From the NCBI GenBank assembly GCA_002189035.1, contig NEEC01000019.1:1922001-1986000 (forward strand): a DNA stretch of 64,000 nucleotides, read 5' to 3'. The position numbers and the translations under genes were made by a program. Source of the DNA: Utricularia gibba (taxonomy: Eukaryota > Plantae > Magnoliophyta). How positions within the stretch are numbered: position 1 is the first letter of the stretch; the number at the start of each line of letters is the position of its first letter. Positions 34,717 through 51,241 of the stretch are shown one piece after another. The notes beneath the pieces were generated by a model, which did not search any database, had not been told where the DNA came from, and saw only the letters and a program-made list of their open reading frames with translations.

Positions 34717-37054
34717 ATGGCTTTTTTCTTATCGAAGTCTGGAATCCGCGCCTTGCTGGGAACTCCCAAGGTGGGTTTCCGAAAAATAGCGAACCCATTT
34801 TCTCAGAATGTTTCTCCCACAGCGAGTTTCCATTTCACCTTGCCTCGTCACAAGTCTCTTCGACCCGACGAAGATTTGGATTATGCGTCAAATGGTGATC
34901 CTCCGGTAGGCTCTTTGGCCAGTTTTTTTTTTTTTTTTTTAAATTATTTCGCGGGAGATTGCCTTAGTATTGCTTCAGCAGCTTCAGGATTTAGGAGCTA
35001 CCAGTTGAACTTGACTATAGAATTTGTCGAAGAGCATGTTGTTGCTGACATTCTCATGGAAACATTTGAACCACTAGCATTTCTTTTGGTTGGATAATGT
35101 ATCTGTGATTTATGTCTAATGAATGATCAATGGGTGTATATGTAAACTATTTTTTTCTACAAGGGTCTTGATTTCCCAGGAGGTGTAGTTAATTTTACCC
35201 CCGAGTTGAAATTTCTGCACGGGTTTCTTGACGAGAGGGTTCGTTGCTACAAGGTTCTTGATGACAATGGCCAGTTAGTAAGCAGAAATTTCGTCCAGGT
35301 CCATGTCAATATACATTTACTTCAGTATAGCGTACAGGTTGTATTGTTAGCTATGAAGCTTATGCTTAATTTTCTTTGCAAATTCAGATGAATAAGGAAA
35401 CTGCATTGAAAATGTACAAGGACATGGTAACACTTCAGACTATGGATACCATCTTTTATGAAGTCCAGAGACAGGGAAGAATATCTTTCTATGTCACAGC
35501 AAATGGTGAAGAAGCATTGAATATTGCTTCTTCGGCTGCGCTTAGTTTAAGTGATCCGGTCTTTCCTCAGGTTAACCTTTTTCTATAATGGATAAATTTC
35601 AGATGGCGAGGGGATTCTTTTTTAATTGTTTTTACTTGAGTATGATATGATGGTGGTGGTTTGTGCAGTACAGGGAGGCCGGTGTTCTACTATGGCGAGG
35701 ATTCACGGTACAAGAATTTGCAAACCAGTGTTTTGGAAACAAAGATGATTTGTGTAAAGGCAGGCAGATGCCAGTCCATTATGGGTCCAAAAAGCACAAT
35801 TATTTCACAGTTGCTTCCACTGTCGCGTATGATAGAAAACTATTGAAGTTATTCAGAATGAAAAAAATAGACATTAGATTTAAGTTGTTTTGATATCATT
35901 TAATCTTAAGTGTGCTGTCTTCACTGTCTCTCAGCACCCAAATTCCCCACGCTGTTGGCGCTGCCTATTCTTTGAAGATGGATGGAAAAGATTCTTGTGC
36001 AATAACCTATTTTGGAGACGGTGGTACCAGCACGGTAAGCGCAACATGACTCAGATACATTTTTGGGCAATATGGTTGTCTGAGAGGTTTGAAATGAAGG
36101 GAAAAATCCCATTTTGATGTTTTCACTGCATATTTAGATACCTTTTTCAAGTTTTTTTCACAAAACACGGTATACTACAGTTTGTTTCTTGCACTGTAGG
36201 GAGATTTTCATGCTGCAATCAACTTTGCCGCAGTTATGGAGGTACCCGTTATACTTTTTTGCCGGAACAATGGATGGGCCATCAGCACCCCAGTGAATGA
36301 TCAGTTTCGAGGTACATTCCTGCAAGATTTCATTTCTATTTTTCCCCCTTCCCTCCAACTGAACCTTCCAGTTAATGATGCACAGGTGATGGAATTGTTG
36401 TCCGAGGTCCTGCATATGGAGTGCGCAGCATCAGAGTTGATGGTAACGACGCCATTGCCGTGTACAGCGCTGTCCATATGGCACGCAAACTAGCCATTTC
36501 TAAATCTAGACCCATCCTAATTGAGGTGGCTCATACATGAATCAATATCGCCTGCATTATGAGTCTGGTGCTCTGCTTGCCGTCTTACTGTTCTTGAGAT
36601 GCAGGCCCTCACATACCGAGCAGGGCATCACACAACATCTGACGACTCCACCAGGTATCGCCCCATTGAAGAGATAGAATGGTGGAAAACATCTCAAGAC
36701 CCAGTTGCAAGATTCAGAAAATGGGTTGAAAGACAGGGGTGGTGGAATTCTGAAGCCGAAGGAGAGCACCGCCACTCTGCTCGCCAAGAGGTTAAACCAT
36801 CTCAGTTTTCTCGCCATGCATGTTTCTTTTTGTTATCTGAACCATGTTGCTGCGCACAGGTACTGCATGCAATTCAAGTTGCAGAGAAGCTTGAGAAACC
36901 CGCCATGGGCGAAGTCTTCACCGATGTGTACGACGTGCAGCCTTCCAATCTGAGGGAAGAAGAGATGCTGCTAAGACAGACTGTTAGAAGGCATCCCAAG
37001 GACTATCCTGATTTCCCAACTGAGGAATCAGGCAACAAACTCGCAATGGATTGA
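34717..37054 (+). CDS. 2-oxoisovalerate (branched-chain keto-acid) dehydrogenase E1 alpha, mitochondrial
   Basis: Nine exons. [39 protein letters not shown], ThDP motif YFGDGGTS...GDFH...[21 protein letters not shown]. Confidence 0.93.
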
Positions 37055-37551
37055 TTGGATATGGGTATATTTTTTACAACTTTTTAATTAATATTTAATA
37101 AAAAGAATCTATTTTTTAAAAAAATATTCGATTTTTTTTAATGCATGTGTTGTTGTCCATATTTAAAAATCTATATTTTTATTTAATTATGTATTTAATT
37201 GATTTTTTTAATAATATATTGAATTAAATTTAATAATGTTTAATTATATATATTTTTTAAAAAAGTATATATATTTTTTCTTTTTCATTTTTGAAAACAC
37301 GTTTTTTTAAATACTAATTAAATTGCACCGGAAAGGTAATGGTTATCTAATTCCCGGTCTCCGGCCAAACCGGTAAAACCAGGAAAGCTTCATTCGAGGG
37401 AAGGAGCCGGATAAGAGTGGGGGACGGAGTTGGCTTTGTTTATGCCCGCTGAAGGCGGAGGAGCCGACCAGTGGGCTTGAGTGAATAAACGAGTCGGCGC
37501 TTATTCGCCGTTTGTCGTGGTCGAGGTGGGAGGTGTTCTTCCCTCTCGTTA

Positions 37552-37570
37552 GTGTGTGTGTGTGTGTGTG
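37552..37570. repeat. (GT)n microsatellite in the FTSHI4 5' leader
   Basis: About 9.5 perfect GT units ending about 20 bp before the ATG. Confidence 0.9.
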
Positions 37571-37589
37571 CTGCAACGTCTGAAGATAC

Positions 37590-42836
<5,247 letters not shown>

Positions 42837-43221
42837 GATCATGTAACTTATGTGTGGTTTATCTCCAGAGTGGATCAGTGAACTGTGAAATTCACAGTTG
42901 AGATAGATTTTGTTTATCTTGGCCCTATGAAATACTTGGTATAGATGAAGATAAGATTATTAAAGTAAGATATGATTAAATTTAAATATTATTTTCAGTA
43001 TTTAACTACCAAACAACACTGAAACCAAAGTTGTGATGTTTTCAGTTATAAAATATTGTTTTCATAAACAGAAAAACAAAGTTGAAAACACAAACGACAA
43101 ATATGAAATAAATAATAATTGAGGTCACTAATAGAAGCCTACCTAGCAATGGGGGCCTCTTTCAATTGGATAAGAAGTTGCTTTTTCTTCTTCTCCACGA
43201 AGCTCATTCCAGCAGCTTCTA

Positions 43222-43923
43222 ATGGCGTTCTATGATTCTGCTTCCTCCAACTCTTTCTACTACTACAATCCAACCCCTGGTCCTTACCATGAAACTTCTT
43301 ACAGTTATTACTACACACCATATCCATCAGAGATTGAATTTCTTCAGCCATCATCATACACAAGGTTGATCATCTCCCACTCAGTTTCACCCACAGATTT
43401 CGATGAATACGATCCAACTCCATACGGCGGTGGCTATGACCAAGCTGCTACTTATGGCAAACCACTTCCCCCATCGGATGCCATATGTTATCCTCGCACA
43501 TCGCCTCCTAAATCCGATGTCATCACCCCGGAACCTCACTCCTATGATTCGACACCGCCTCCATACGGAAAGGATGCTGAAAAGCCGCAGGTCGAAGTGA
43601 AACCTCGTGAAGAACCACAGGTCGTAGAAAGTGGGGGTGATGACTACTACCAAAAGGTATATGGAAAAGGACGGTACTTTTATGGATCAGGTTTTGAAAG
43701 TGTTGATCTTTGTGATGGATTATTTGGGTACTGGCCGTGTTGGGCTAAAAGGGAGGCGGAGGAGGAACAAGAGAGGTGGAGAGAGAATAGTGGGGAAGAA
43801 AATGGAAGAAGAGAAGATCCACATCCATGGGAGCTTTGTGCTGAATATTTCTTTGGCCCTGGGGAGGTGAACTGTTTTGATGATTATGCAGATCATAGCC
43901 ACCAGTATCAAAATAACTGGTAG
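43222..43923 (+). CDS. Uncharacterised Tyr/Pro-rich protein of the At5g39570 (PLDrp1)-like family
   Basis: Single 233-aa ATG ORF containing the family motif DFDEYDPTPYGGGYD...YGKPLPPSDAICYP, plus C-terminal GLFGYWPC and WELCAEYFFG blocks. Confidence 0.75.
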   Translation: MAFYDSASSNSFYYYNPTPGPYHETSYSYYYTPYPSEIEFLQPSSYTRLIISHSVSPTDFDEYDPTPYGGGYDQAATYGKPLPPSDAICYPRTSPPKSDVITPEPHSYDSTPPPYGKDAEKPQVEVKPREEPQVVESGGDDYYQKVYGKGRYFYGSGFESVDLCDGLFGYWPCWAKREAEEEQERWRENSGEENGRREDPHPWELCAEYFFGPGEVNCFDDYADHSHQYQNNW

Positions 43924-44989
43924 TACCTGCTGGCATTCTTCCCTTCCGTTTTCTCCGACCAACAATCAGTTGCGAGCCTCACTTTTGTGGTAAGAAGCTA
44001 CGGGCTGGTGTTGCTTGTGGAACTAGCGCTATGAAGTTTTTTCAGTCATTTTTCATCTGCAGTATATAGCATGAAAAATACCACTAAAGTTGTTACTTCT
44101 GAAGTGCATGATGTTTCAGTGTCTTACCTTTTTACTGATTCTGCTTCATCTTGTATCTTTTTTACATCATGTCTCTCTCCTTGAGCTGTGGAATAACAAG
44201 TACATGATATTAATGAAAGCTTGGTTACACTCTTCTGGAATTCTGCTCTACCAACTGGTCTGTATTCAACCTGTAGATTGAACACCTTGAACTTCTGTCA
44301 AACATTATTTCTCAGGTAACTGCTACAGGGAAACGTAACTTAAATTACTTGGAAAACAGTAATAACAGTAAAAGCGGCCGGTTATTTTCGTTTTTTTTGG
44401 GAGAGCAGAAGCCTGCTCCTTAAAGATAAGCTGCGCCTAACTCTATTCTCATTTGGCCTACTTTTCATTTCTCTTCGTCAAAGAGACATTCAAAAAGAAA
44501 GCATATGAATTTAAACGAATCAGGCGAACACCAAGGGCAATACAAAATTCTACGCGAACAAAAGGAAAACACAGATTAGTCATAAAACAAGTTTCAAAAA
44601 CCTTGATAGCAGCTTCAACACCCTCGCCTCCTCCCGGCACCGGCTCCGATCGCCGGAACCTTCGTTCTAGTAGTATTCAGCTCCAAGAATCGCCCGCCGC
44701 TGTCGAGGGTCTTCGTTGGCGACCGGTCGGTGGGGTCACTATGATATTTTAAATAATATGGTATTGCTTTTTCATAAGTATTTAAAAAAAACAAATTGGA
44801 AAAAAATCTATTGCAAAAAAATATAATTTGTTTAATATAATTGAAAAAAACGCATTTAAAATTAGAAAAGAACACCATCAATCGACAGATCCATCGACAT
44901 TTGCGGAGTTTCCATCAACTGCCATCTCCGTCTTCCTTTCCTCTCTCCCGTCGGCCGGTGACGTCCTCCTCCGCGCTTTCTCTTCTTCC

Positions 44990-46867
44990 ATGGCTTTTCC
45001 AAACCCTAACCCTAATCGCGATAGAATGTACCCCAAAATCTCGGATCAAACTTCGCCCACTTCTTCTCTATATCCCAAAATCGACATGAATGATTTGCTA
45101 GAAAACCTCTTTCCGGAACCCAATGCCCAGTTTTCTCCTCCCTCCGCTCCCCCTGAAGACTCTGTCGAGGACATGATCACCCTTCCAGGCGCTATTCTGC
45201 ATCTCATCGATAACCGCTACTCCGTAGAGCTCGCAACAGGGGATCTCAGAGTTCTGCGCATACTTCAAGGAGACAGCGCCGTTGTGGCACTCGCATCTGT
45301 CGGGGACGAAATCCAATGGCCGTTAACTAAAGATCTTGCCGCTGTCAAACTAGATTCTTCTCATTACTTCTTCTCCTTCCGGCTGCCGAGCGAATATGAG
45401 GATTCTGATTCTAGTGATGAAGATTCTCCAAGAAAGAAAACCAAGAGTAAGAAGAAAAGGAAAGAAAGGAAAGAAAGGAAAAAACAGGAAGAAAATGAGA
45501 TGTTGAGTTATGGGTTGACTGTGGTTTCCAAGGGTCAGGAAGGATTGCTGAAGGAATTGGATGGTATTCTGGAGAATTACTGCAACTTTTCAGTGCATAG
45601 TGTTCACGAGAAGGAAGTGGTTGCAGTTGCCGGTGCTGCAGCCCGAGAAACTACTGCAGATCAATTGAGGGAGAACAACCAGAAGGAGCAGGAGGTGAAA
45701 GGGCAATGCGCAGCTTATTGGACAACACTGGCGCCGAATGTTGAAGACTATAGCAGTACAGCAGCGAGGCTAATTGCATCAGGCTCAGGGCAGCTGGTTA
45801 AAGGGATATTGTGGTGCGGGGATGTGACTGTGGATCGGTTAAACTGGGGAAATGAGGTGTTAAAAAAGAGGATGGCTCCCGGAGAGGCAGCAGAAATTGA
45901 TCCTAAAACGTTGAAGAGGATCAAAAGGTTTGTTTTTTTGTTGAATTTGATACCTGCACTTGTTTTATCTTGTTGGTTTTATGGTTAACCTTGTTTACTG
46001 CCAGAGTCAAGAAGGTGACTAAAATGACTGAGAAAGTGGCAACTGGGGTACTTTCAGGGGTGGTGAAAGTTTCAGGCTTCTTTACCGGTTCTGTAGCAAA
46101 CTCAAAAATGGGGAAGAAGTTCTTTGATCTTTTACCAGGAGAAATGGTTCTTGCATCTCTGGATGGATTTGGTTAGTCATATGTTTTCATCCTTCTGCCT
46201 TCTTCTACGTTTTGCTTACGATCAAGTTCTAGCCACATGCACCATGTTATAGTTTTCCATTGGATGTTTGTGCATCTTTTCAGCAGTGTTTCACATGGGG
46301 AAAAAATGCAATGAAACAGAATTAGAACTAGGATATGGGCTGACTGTTTGATGAGGCTTTGGATCTCATGTTACATGTCACCCGAGAGCAAAATGCTCTC
46401 TTTGAACTTACCAGTAAAAGCAGTTGACATTAGACACATACATTCCTCTGAAGCTTCCAGTTTAGGCCTGTTGCACTTGTATTACCTCAATCTCCATCTT
46501 TTCTTGACTTGTCCCACAACAGGTAAAGTTTGCGACGCAGTTGAAATAGCCGGAAAGAGTGTGATGTCCACCTCTTCCACGGTGACTACTGGGCTCGTGT
46601 CTCACCGGTAAATAATTCCTTGCTCCATTCAACTTCTGTGCTATGAAACCGAGCCTGATGTGATCTCACAAAAAAAGGTACGGAGAAGAAGCAGCGAAGG
46701 CGGCAGGTGAGGGGCTGGATGCTGCAGGGCATGCCGCCGGCACGGCGTGGGCGGTGTTCAAGATCAGGAAAGCACTTGATCCCAAGTCCGTGATGAAGCC
46801 CTCTACACTGGCAAAGGCCGCTGCTAAATCAGCGTTTGCTGAAAAGAAGGGCAAAGCCTCCAAGTGA
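44990..46867 (+). CDS. Senescence/spartin-domain protein (ERD7-like, senescence/dehydration-associated)
   Basis: Exons 44990-45927, 46005-46171, 46523-46607, 46678-46867, in phase. LYPKID, GAILHLID, QWPLTKD, YWTTLAPNVEDY, IASGSGQLVKGILWCGD, GHAAGTAWAVFKIRKAL. Confidence 0.9.
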
Positions 46868-47012
46868 TGATGGAAACCATGATAAGTCGCCACGTTTTGG
46901 TGTATACGAGAGAGTTTTTTTTTTTTTTTCTCATTGTGACAAAATTTTATGGTTCATCTGGGCGTAAATTATTTTTTATTTAATCACATTTTATAAAATT
47001 TATGTTTTAGTC

Positions 47013-47086
47013 ATATATCTATTTATATATGTATATATATAACTATATATATAACTATATCTATAGATATCTATATATATATATAT
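47013..47086. repeat. Degenerate (AT)n microsatellite containing the 14-bp palindrome ATATCTATAGATAT (47057-47070)
   Basis: Seen directly in the ERD7-PAT10 spacer. Confidence 0.8.
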
Positions 47087-47375
47087 TTATTTATTTAAAA
47101 ATAAATAATCTATATATATCATTAATTGACTATGATATCAAACGAAATTTATTGTGTATAATTATTAAAATATATCAGAAAACATGAAAATTCGAAATTG
47201 AAAGTTTAATGAAATCTAGTTTGGCTATAAGAGGTTCGGAAATTAGGTTGTTTAGCCGGTATAAAAGAGGCTTGAATCCCAAAGTCGCCTGTAGCCCAAA
47301 TTGAAGCCTACGAGCAGCCGCTGTTTCCGTGATGATGAACCTCTGAGTTAGCACGAAGCAAAGCAAAGTAATGTA

Positions 47376-49974
47376 ATGGGCGCTTCATGTTGCAGCCATT
47401 TTGGGGCAAGATGTGTTCCTGACACCCGCCTCCTATCATCCCTTTCTGATCCTGGTAACTCCTTTTTTCCGCCATTCTTTTTCTTTATATCATGTTGGTC
47501 GTCTTCCGGGATAGCTGACTTTGCTGATGCGTTTGTAATTAGTTCGAAGATCTACGATGTTCTTGAAAATTGCTCTGGTCATGCTACATCTGCTTTTTGC
47601 CGGGGTCATATTCTTCTTCGACAATGATTTGGTAGAAAAGACCAAACGGGAGCCCTGGTAACACGCTCAAACTTTGATAGTCAGGAATGCAATGGAATGT
47701 AGTATACGTTTGCATGAGTCAGACTTGGTTGAATTTTTTGTGACTCTCTGGAGAATGCGTCTGATTTTTTGATGTCAAATACTTCGTGCTTATTGAAGTT
47801 GATTAAATTTTTATGATTTGCATTATGGTTTACTTTTTTCCCATCTTCATAAACATATGATGGTATACGTAGCACCGTAGTTTTTCCCGTAATGCAGGTA
47901 TACAGCTTTGTATGCATTTTTGTTCGTTGCTACATTGGTGCAATATTTCGTCACCTCTGGGACATCGCCTGGGTATTTTTTTTCAGTCATTTTTCATTCG
48001 AAATTAGCAATGGGAGTCAGTTGCTATCCATTTTTATCAACATAAAACTCTTGGAGCGTTCTTACTTTTGCAGGTATCTTTTAGATGTACAGAATGCTGT
48101 AAATGAAAAAGATGCTTTAGATAGAAGAACACTTTTGGCTGCAAAGTAAGTTTGCTATTTCCATCTGAAGTCATCCTAAACAGTAATGTTGATCATTGTG
48201 CTTTTTTTATTTTGTTAGAAGAAAATCACTATGAAGCATTAGAATGGTTTGTTTAGACTTGTCACTAATTATATGCCACTGAATTTGCGTTGTTAAAATG
48301 TTTAAGCAAAGACAGCCAGCTTTTGGAAGCGTCATAACCATTGATGCAAATACCTATTCAAGCGGGAATGCCACTTCTTGGACACAATTGGTGATGGATC
48401 TGTATCCTCCAGGGTCATCTACCAGGCGAGTGAATGTTAAGTTTTGAAGTCGGAATCAGTAACCAACGTGTTCATATGCATGTTGAGTACTAAAAACATA
48501 AATTAGCAGATAGTTCCTTGTTTTTCTAAATTGAACCAAAAGAATCAATACTTTGTGCTTGTCCTCTTTTCCTTGTCACAATGGGCATGCAGTGCATTTT
48601 TGCTGTGAGCATTTTGCAGCGTTTTATGTGACTTTTTTATGCTGTTATTACTGATTGAATTTATTTTGGTTGATTTTGTTCAGAAGTTTAACCTGCACAT
48701 ACTGCAATATTATTCAGGTAAAAATTTTTCCCCAGCAGGTTGATTTTCTGTTGCTCACTTAATTCACTTTCTTGAATTTTTTTCTTTCATTGCGTCATTG
48801 AATGTCTTTATTGAGTCTTGGGGTTACAGTGAAAATTTTAGAGAAACTTGTTCACATAATCAAAGATATTTTGTGCCTGCTATTTTATTTTTCCACATTA
48901 ATGTGGCAGCCTCCACGAGCAAGGCATTGTCATGATTGTGATAAGTGCGTTCTTCAGTTTGATCATCACTGTGTTTGGCTCGGGACATGCGTTGGCCAGG
49001 GGAATCACTGTCTATTTTGGTGGGTATCCGTCTTCTCTTTTGTCATTTCTTGCACTATGCCAGTTATGCTGGTCATTACTTTATTGACGCAGTTTTTGTT
49101 TATTATGTGTCCTTTTAATTGTTTTCTATGTTACATCAGGTGGTATATTTTGGAGGAATCAGTCCTGTGCAGTTGGACAGCTTTTCTTTATATTCGGTTC
49201 CTTACATGTGATGCAACTAAGACTTGGTACGCATATCTGCTCACCACCTTAAGTCACCATCCTTTGATTCAAATCTTATTTGAAGCGGTGCTAAAGTGAA
49301 ATTGGTTTCATTTAGGCAAGAGGCCGTAATTACAGTTTTGCTCTTGGTTTGTCTGTCACTTGCTTTGACATTTCTAGTTCTGCTGTTCCTTTTCCATAGG
49401 TAAATACGCTCACCCACTAATATTCTTCCTCTAAAGTTTATTCTTCAAAAGTTCACCGCAGACTGTTTCCTTTTCTCATATGCAGCTACCTAGCATTGAC
49501 TAATCAAAAGACTTATGAACTTGTGAGACGGAGAAGAATTGGATACTTAAGGTCTGTCCTATTTCATTAACCCTGTTGCTTCAGCATCATTACTAAATAA
49601 TACCCATACCATCCATCTAGTTAGCTCAAGTCGAGCTTCGAATGCTCGCTTCCTTGATGTTAGACATCTTGAACTTACTTGGTTGATCTGATGATGCGAA
49701 GTCATGTAGTCCGGTCCTCATACATGTGTTTTGTTTCCCCCCGGCATCACCAGCGTTGGAAGTGCATATGAAACTTTCCATGTTGCGCTGCAGGTCGGTC
49801 CCTGCAAGAGTGTATCCATTCAGCAAAGGCCTCTGCCGAAACTTGTATCTCTTCTGTTGGGCATCGAAAGCCGGCGGCGTGTACAGATTGGAGCCGCTGC
49901 CCTCAGCTGCAGAACTTGAGGAGAAGTCCAGACCTTACACTTGCGTCGATCTCCTGTCGTGCCGCTGTTGCTGA
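47376..49974 (+). CDS. PAT10: DHHC protein S-acyltransferase 10
   Basis: About 10 exons. [53 protein letters not shown] (DHHC-CRD), [15 protein letters not shown], and C-terminus [14 protein letters not shown], as recalled for PAT10. Confidence 0.9.
48426..48683 (+). other. GC-AG intron in PAT10
   Basis: ACC AG|GCGAGT ... TTCAG|A AGT TTA ACC TGC restores [14 protein letters not shown]. The GT three bases downstream is in the wrong phase. Confidence 0.88.
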
Positions 49975-51241
49975 GTGCTCTCCCGGTTTGTTTTGTTTCT
50001 TGTTGTTGAATCTCTTTCATTCTTGAACCGTTATAACTGCCGTTAGTCCATTTTTTTTATCCTTTTTTGATTGTACGATAAATCAATGAATTGATAAATT
50101 AAAATCAATTTGGATTTTTCGAGCAATTTTTGGTGTATGCACACTGTGTAGGTAAAGAGAACAAAATACGTCTAGGTCTAGCGTACGGCGTAGGCTGTAG
50201 GGTTCGGTATGTCGGTGGGGGTAACGGGAACGAAGGGGATACACATCTCGGCGTCTCCGACACCATTTCTGATCCGCCGAGGGAAGATCGATAACTAGTG
50301 TTTTTCCTGTGTTTTCTCACAATCTATTCACTAAAACCGCGGCTGTTTATTTGATCGTGCTGTTCACTCGTTGTGGCTCGCCATGGCCGGTTCTACAAGC
50401 AATGAAAAGTTTCATTTGCTGACCCGATTGAATGTATGCATATATCCCCAAATGTGAAGTTAGCGTCTGATTCGTCCAGTGTGACTGCTGGAGGCTTGTG
50501 TATTTCTGTTTGTGCTCATGGCTATGGCGGGCTGGTTTTTTGAGTTGCCACAAGGTACTCTTTTTCAGCTGTGCTCTTTTCATTAGTACTCTTGCTGTAG
50601 GGGTCCACCTGATGCCGTATGTCCCTGCAATGGTGGCTTTTCTTTCACCAACAGCGGTAATTCATGACCCATATTCCATTTCTTCTGATTCTTGCATTCG
50701 TTGTCTTCATAGTGTCATGTATAGCGGTGTAGGAGAATGTGATGATGCTTTTTCTCTGAAGAATCTCGTTGTGAGAAGTCATGGGATTGAATGGAGTCAA
50801 CCCAGATTTCAAAATGTCATTTTCAGAAGTTAAAGAAACCAGATTGTTTTAGCCGATGCCTCTGATTTGCTTGCTTATTGAATCCAATCAAACGCCTCAT
50901 TAGCAGCATATTTTTCTCCTCTGGCACCAGATTCTTATATTTTGCAACAGCCGATGGGCTAAAATTTACATGTTTTCTTAAAAGCTGAACGATGAAGCCT
51001 TTCTGGGTGAAGTTGTATCATGTCTGTTATCTAAGAAGAAGCCCCTCAAGTGTTGGAGGTGTGTAGTCACATATAAATTTGTACTGGTTTCCATGTTATT
51101 ACTCCATCCTGACATAAAATCAGTGCATTGAAAAGAAAGGGAGATGCTCCATTCGCAAAAGCACTCATGTTCCATGAACAAAATCCAGAATTCGACTCTT
51201 CATGCACTTTCATTCTGCCATATCTATTTCTATCCCAGTGG

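Noticed and set aside
44828-44989. 54-codon upstream extension of the ERD7-like ORF
   Set aside because: No ATG upstream of 44990 in this frame; AT-rich promoter or leader sequence.
45001-45016. AAACCCTAACCCTAAT telomere-like motif
   Set aside because: Only about two units, lying in the coding frame (PNPNPN); not an interstitial telomeric array.
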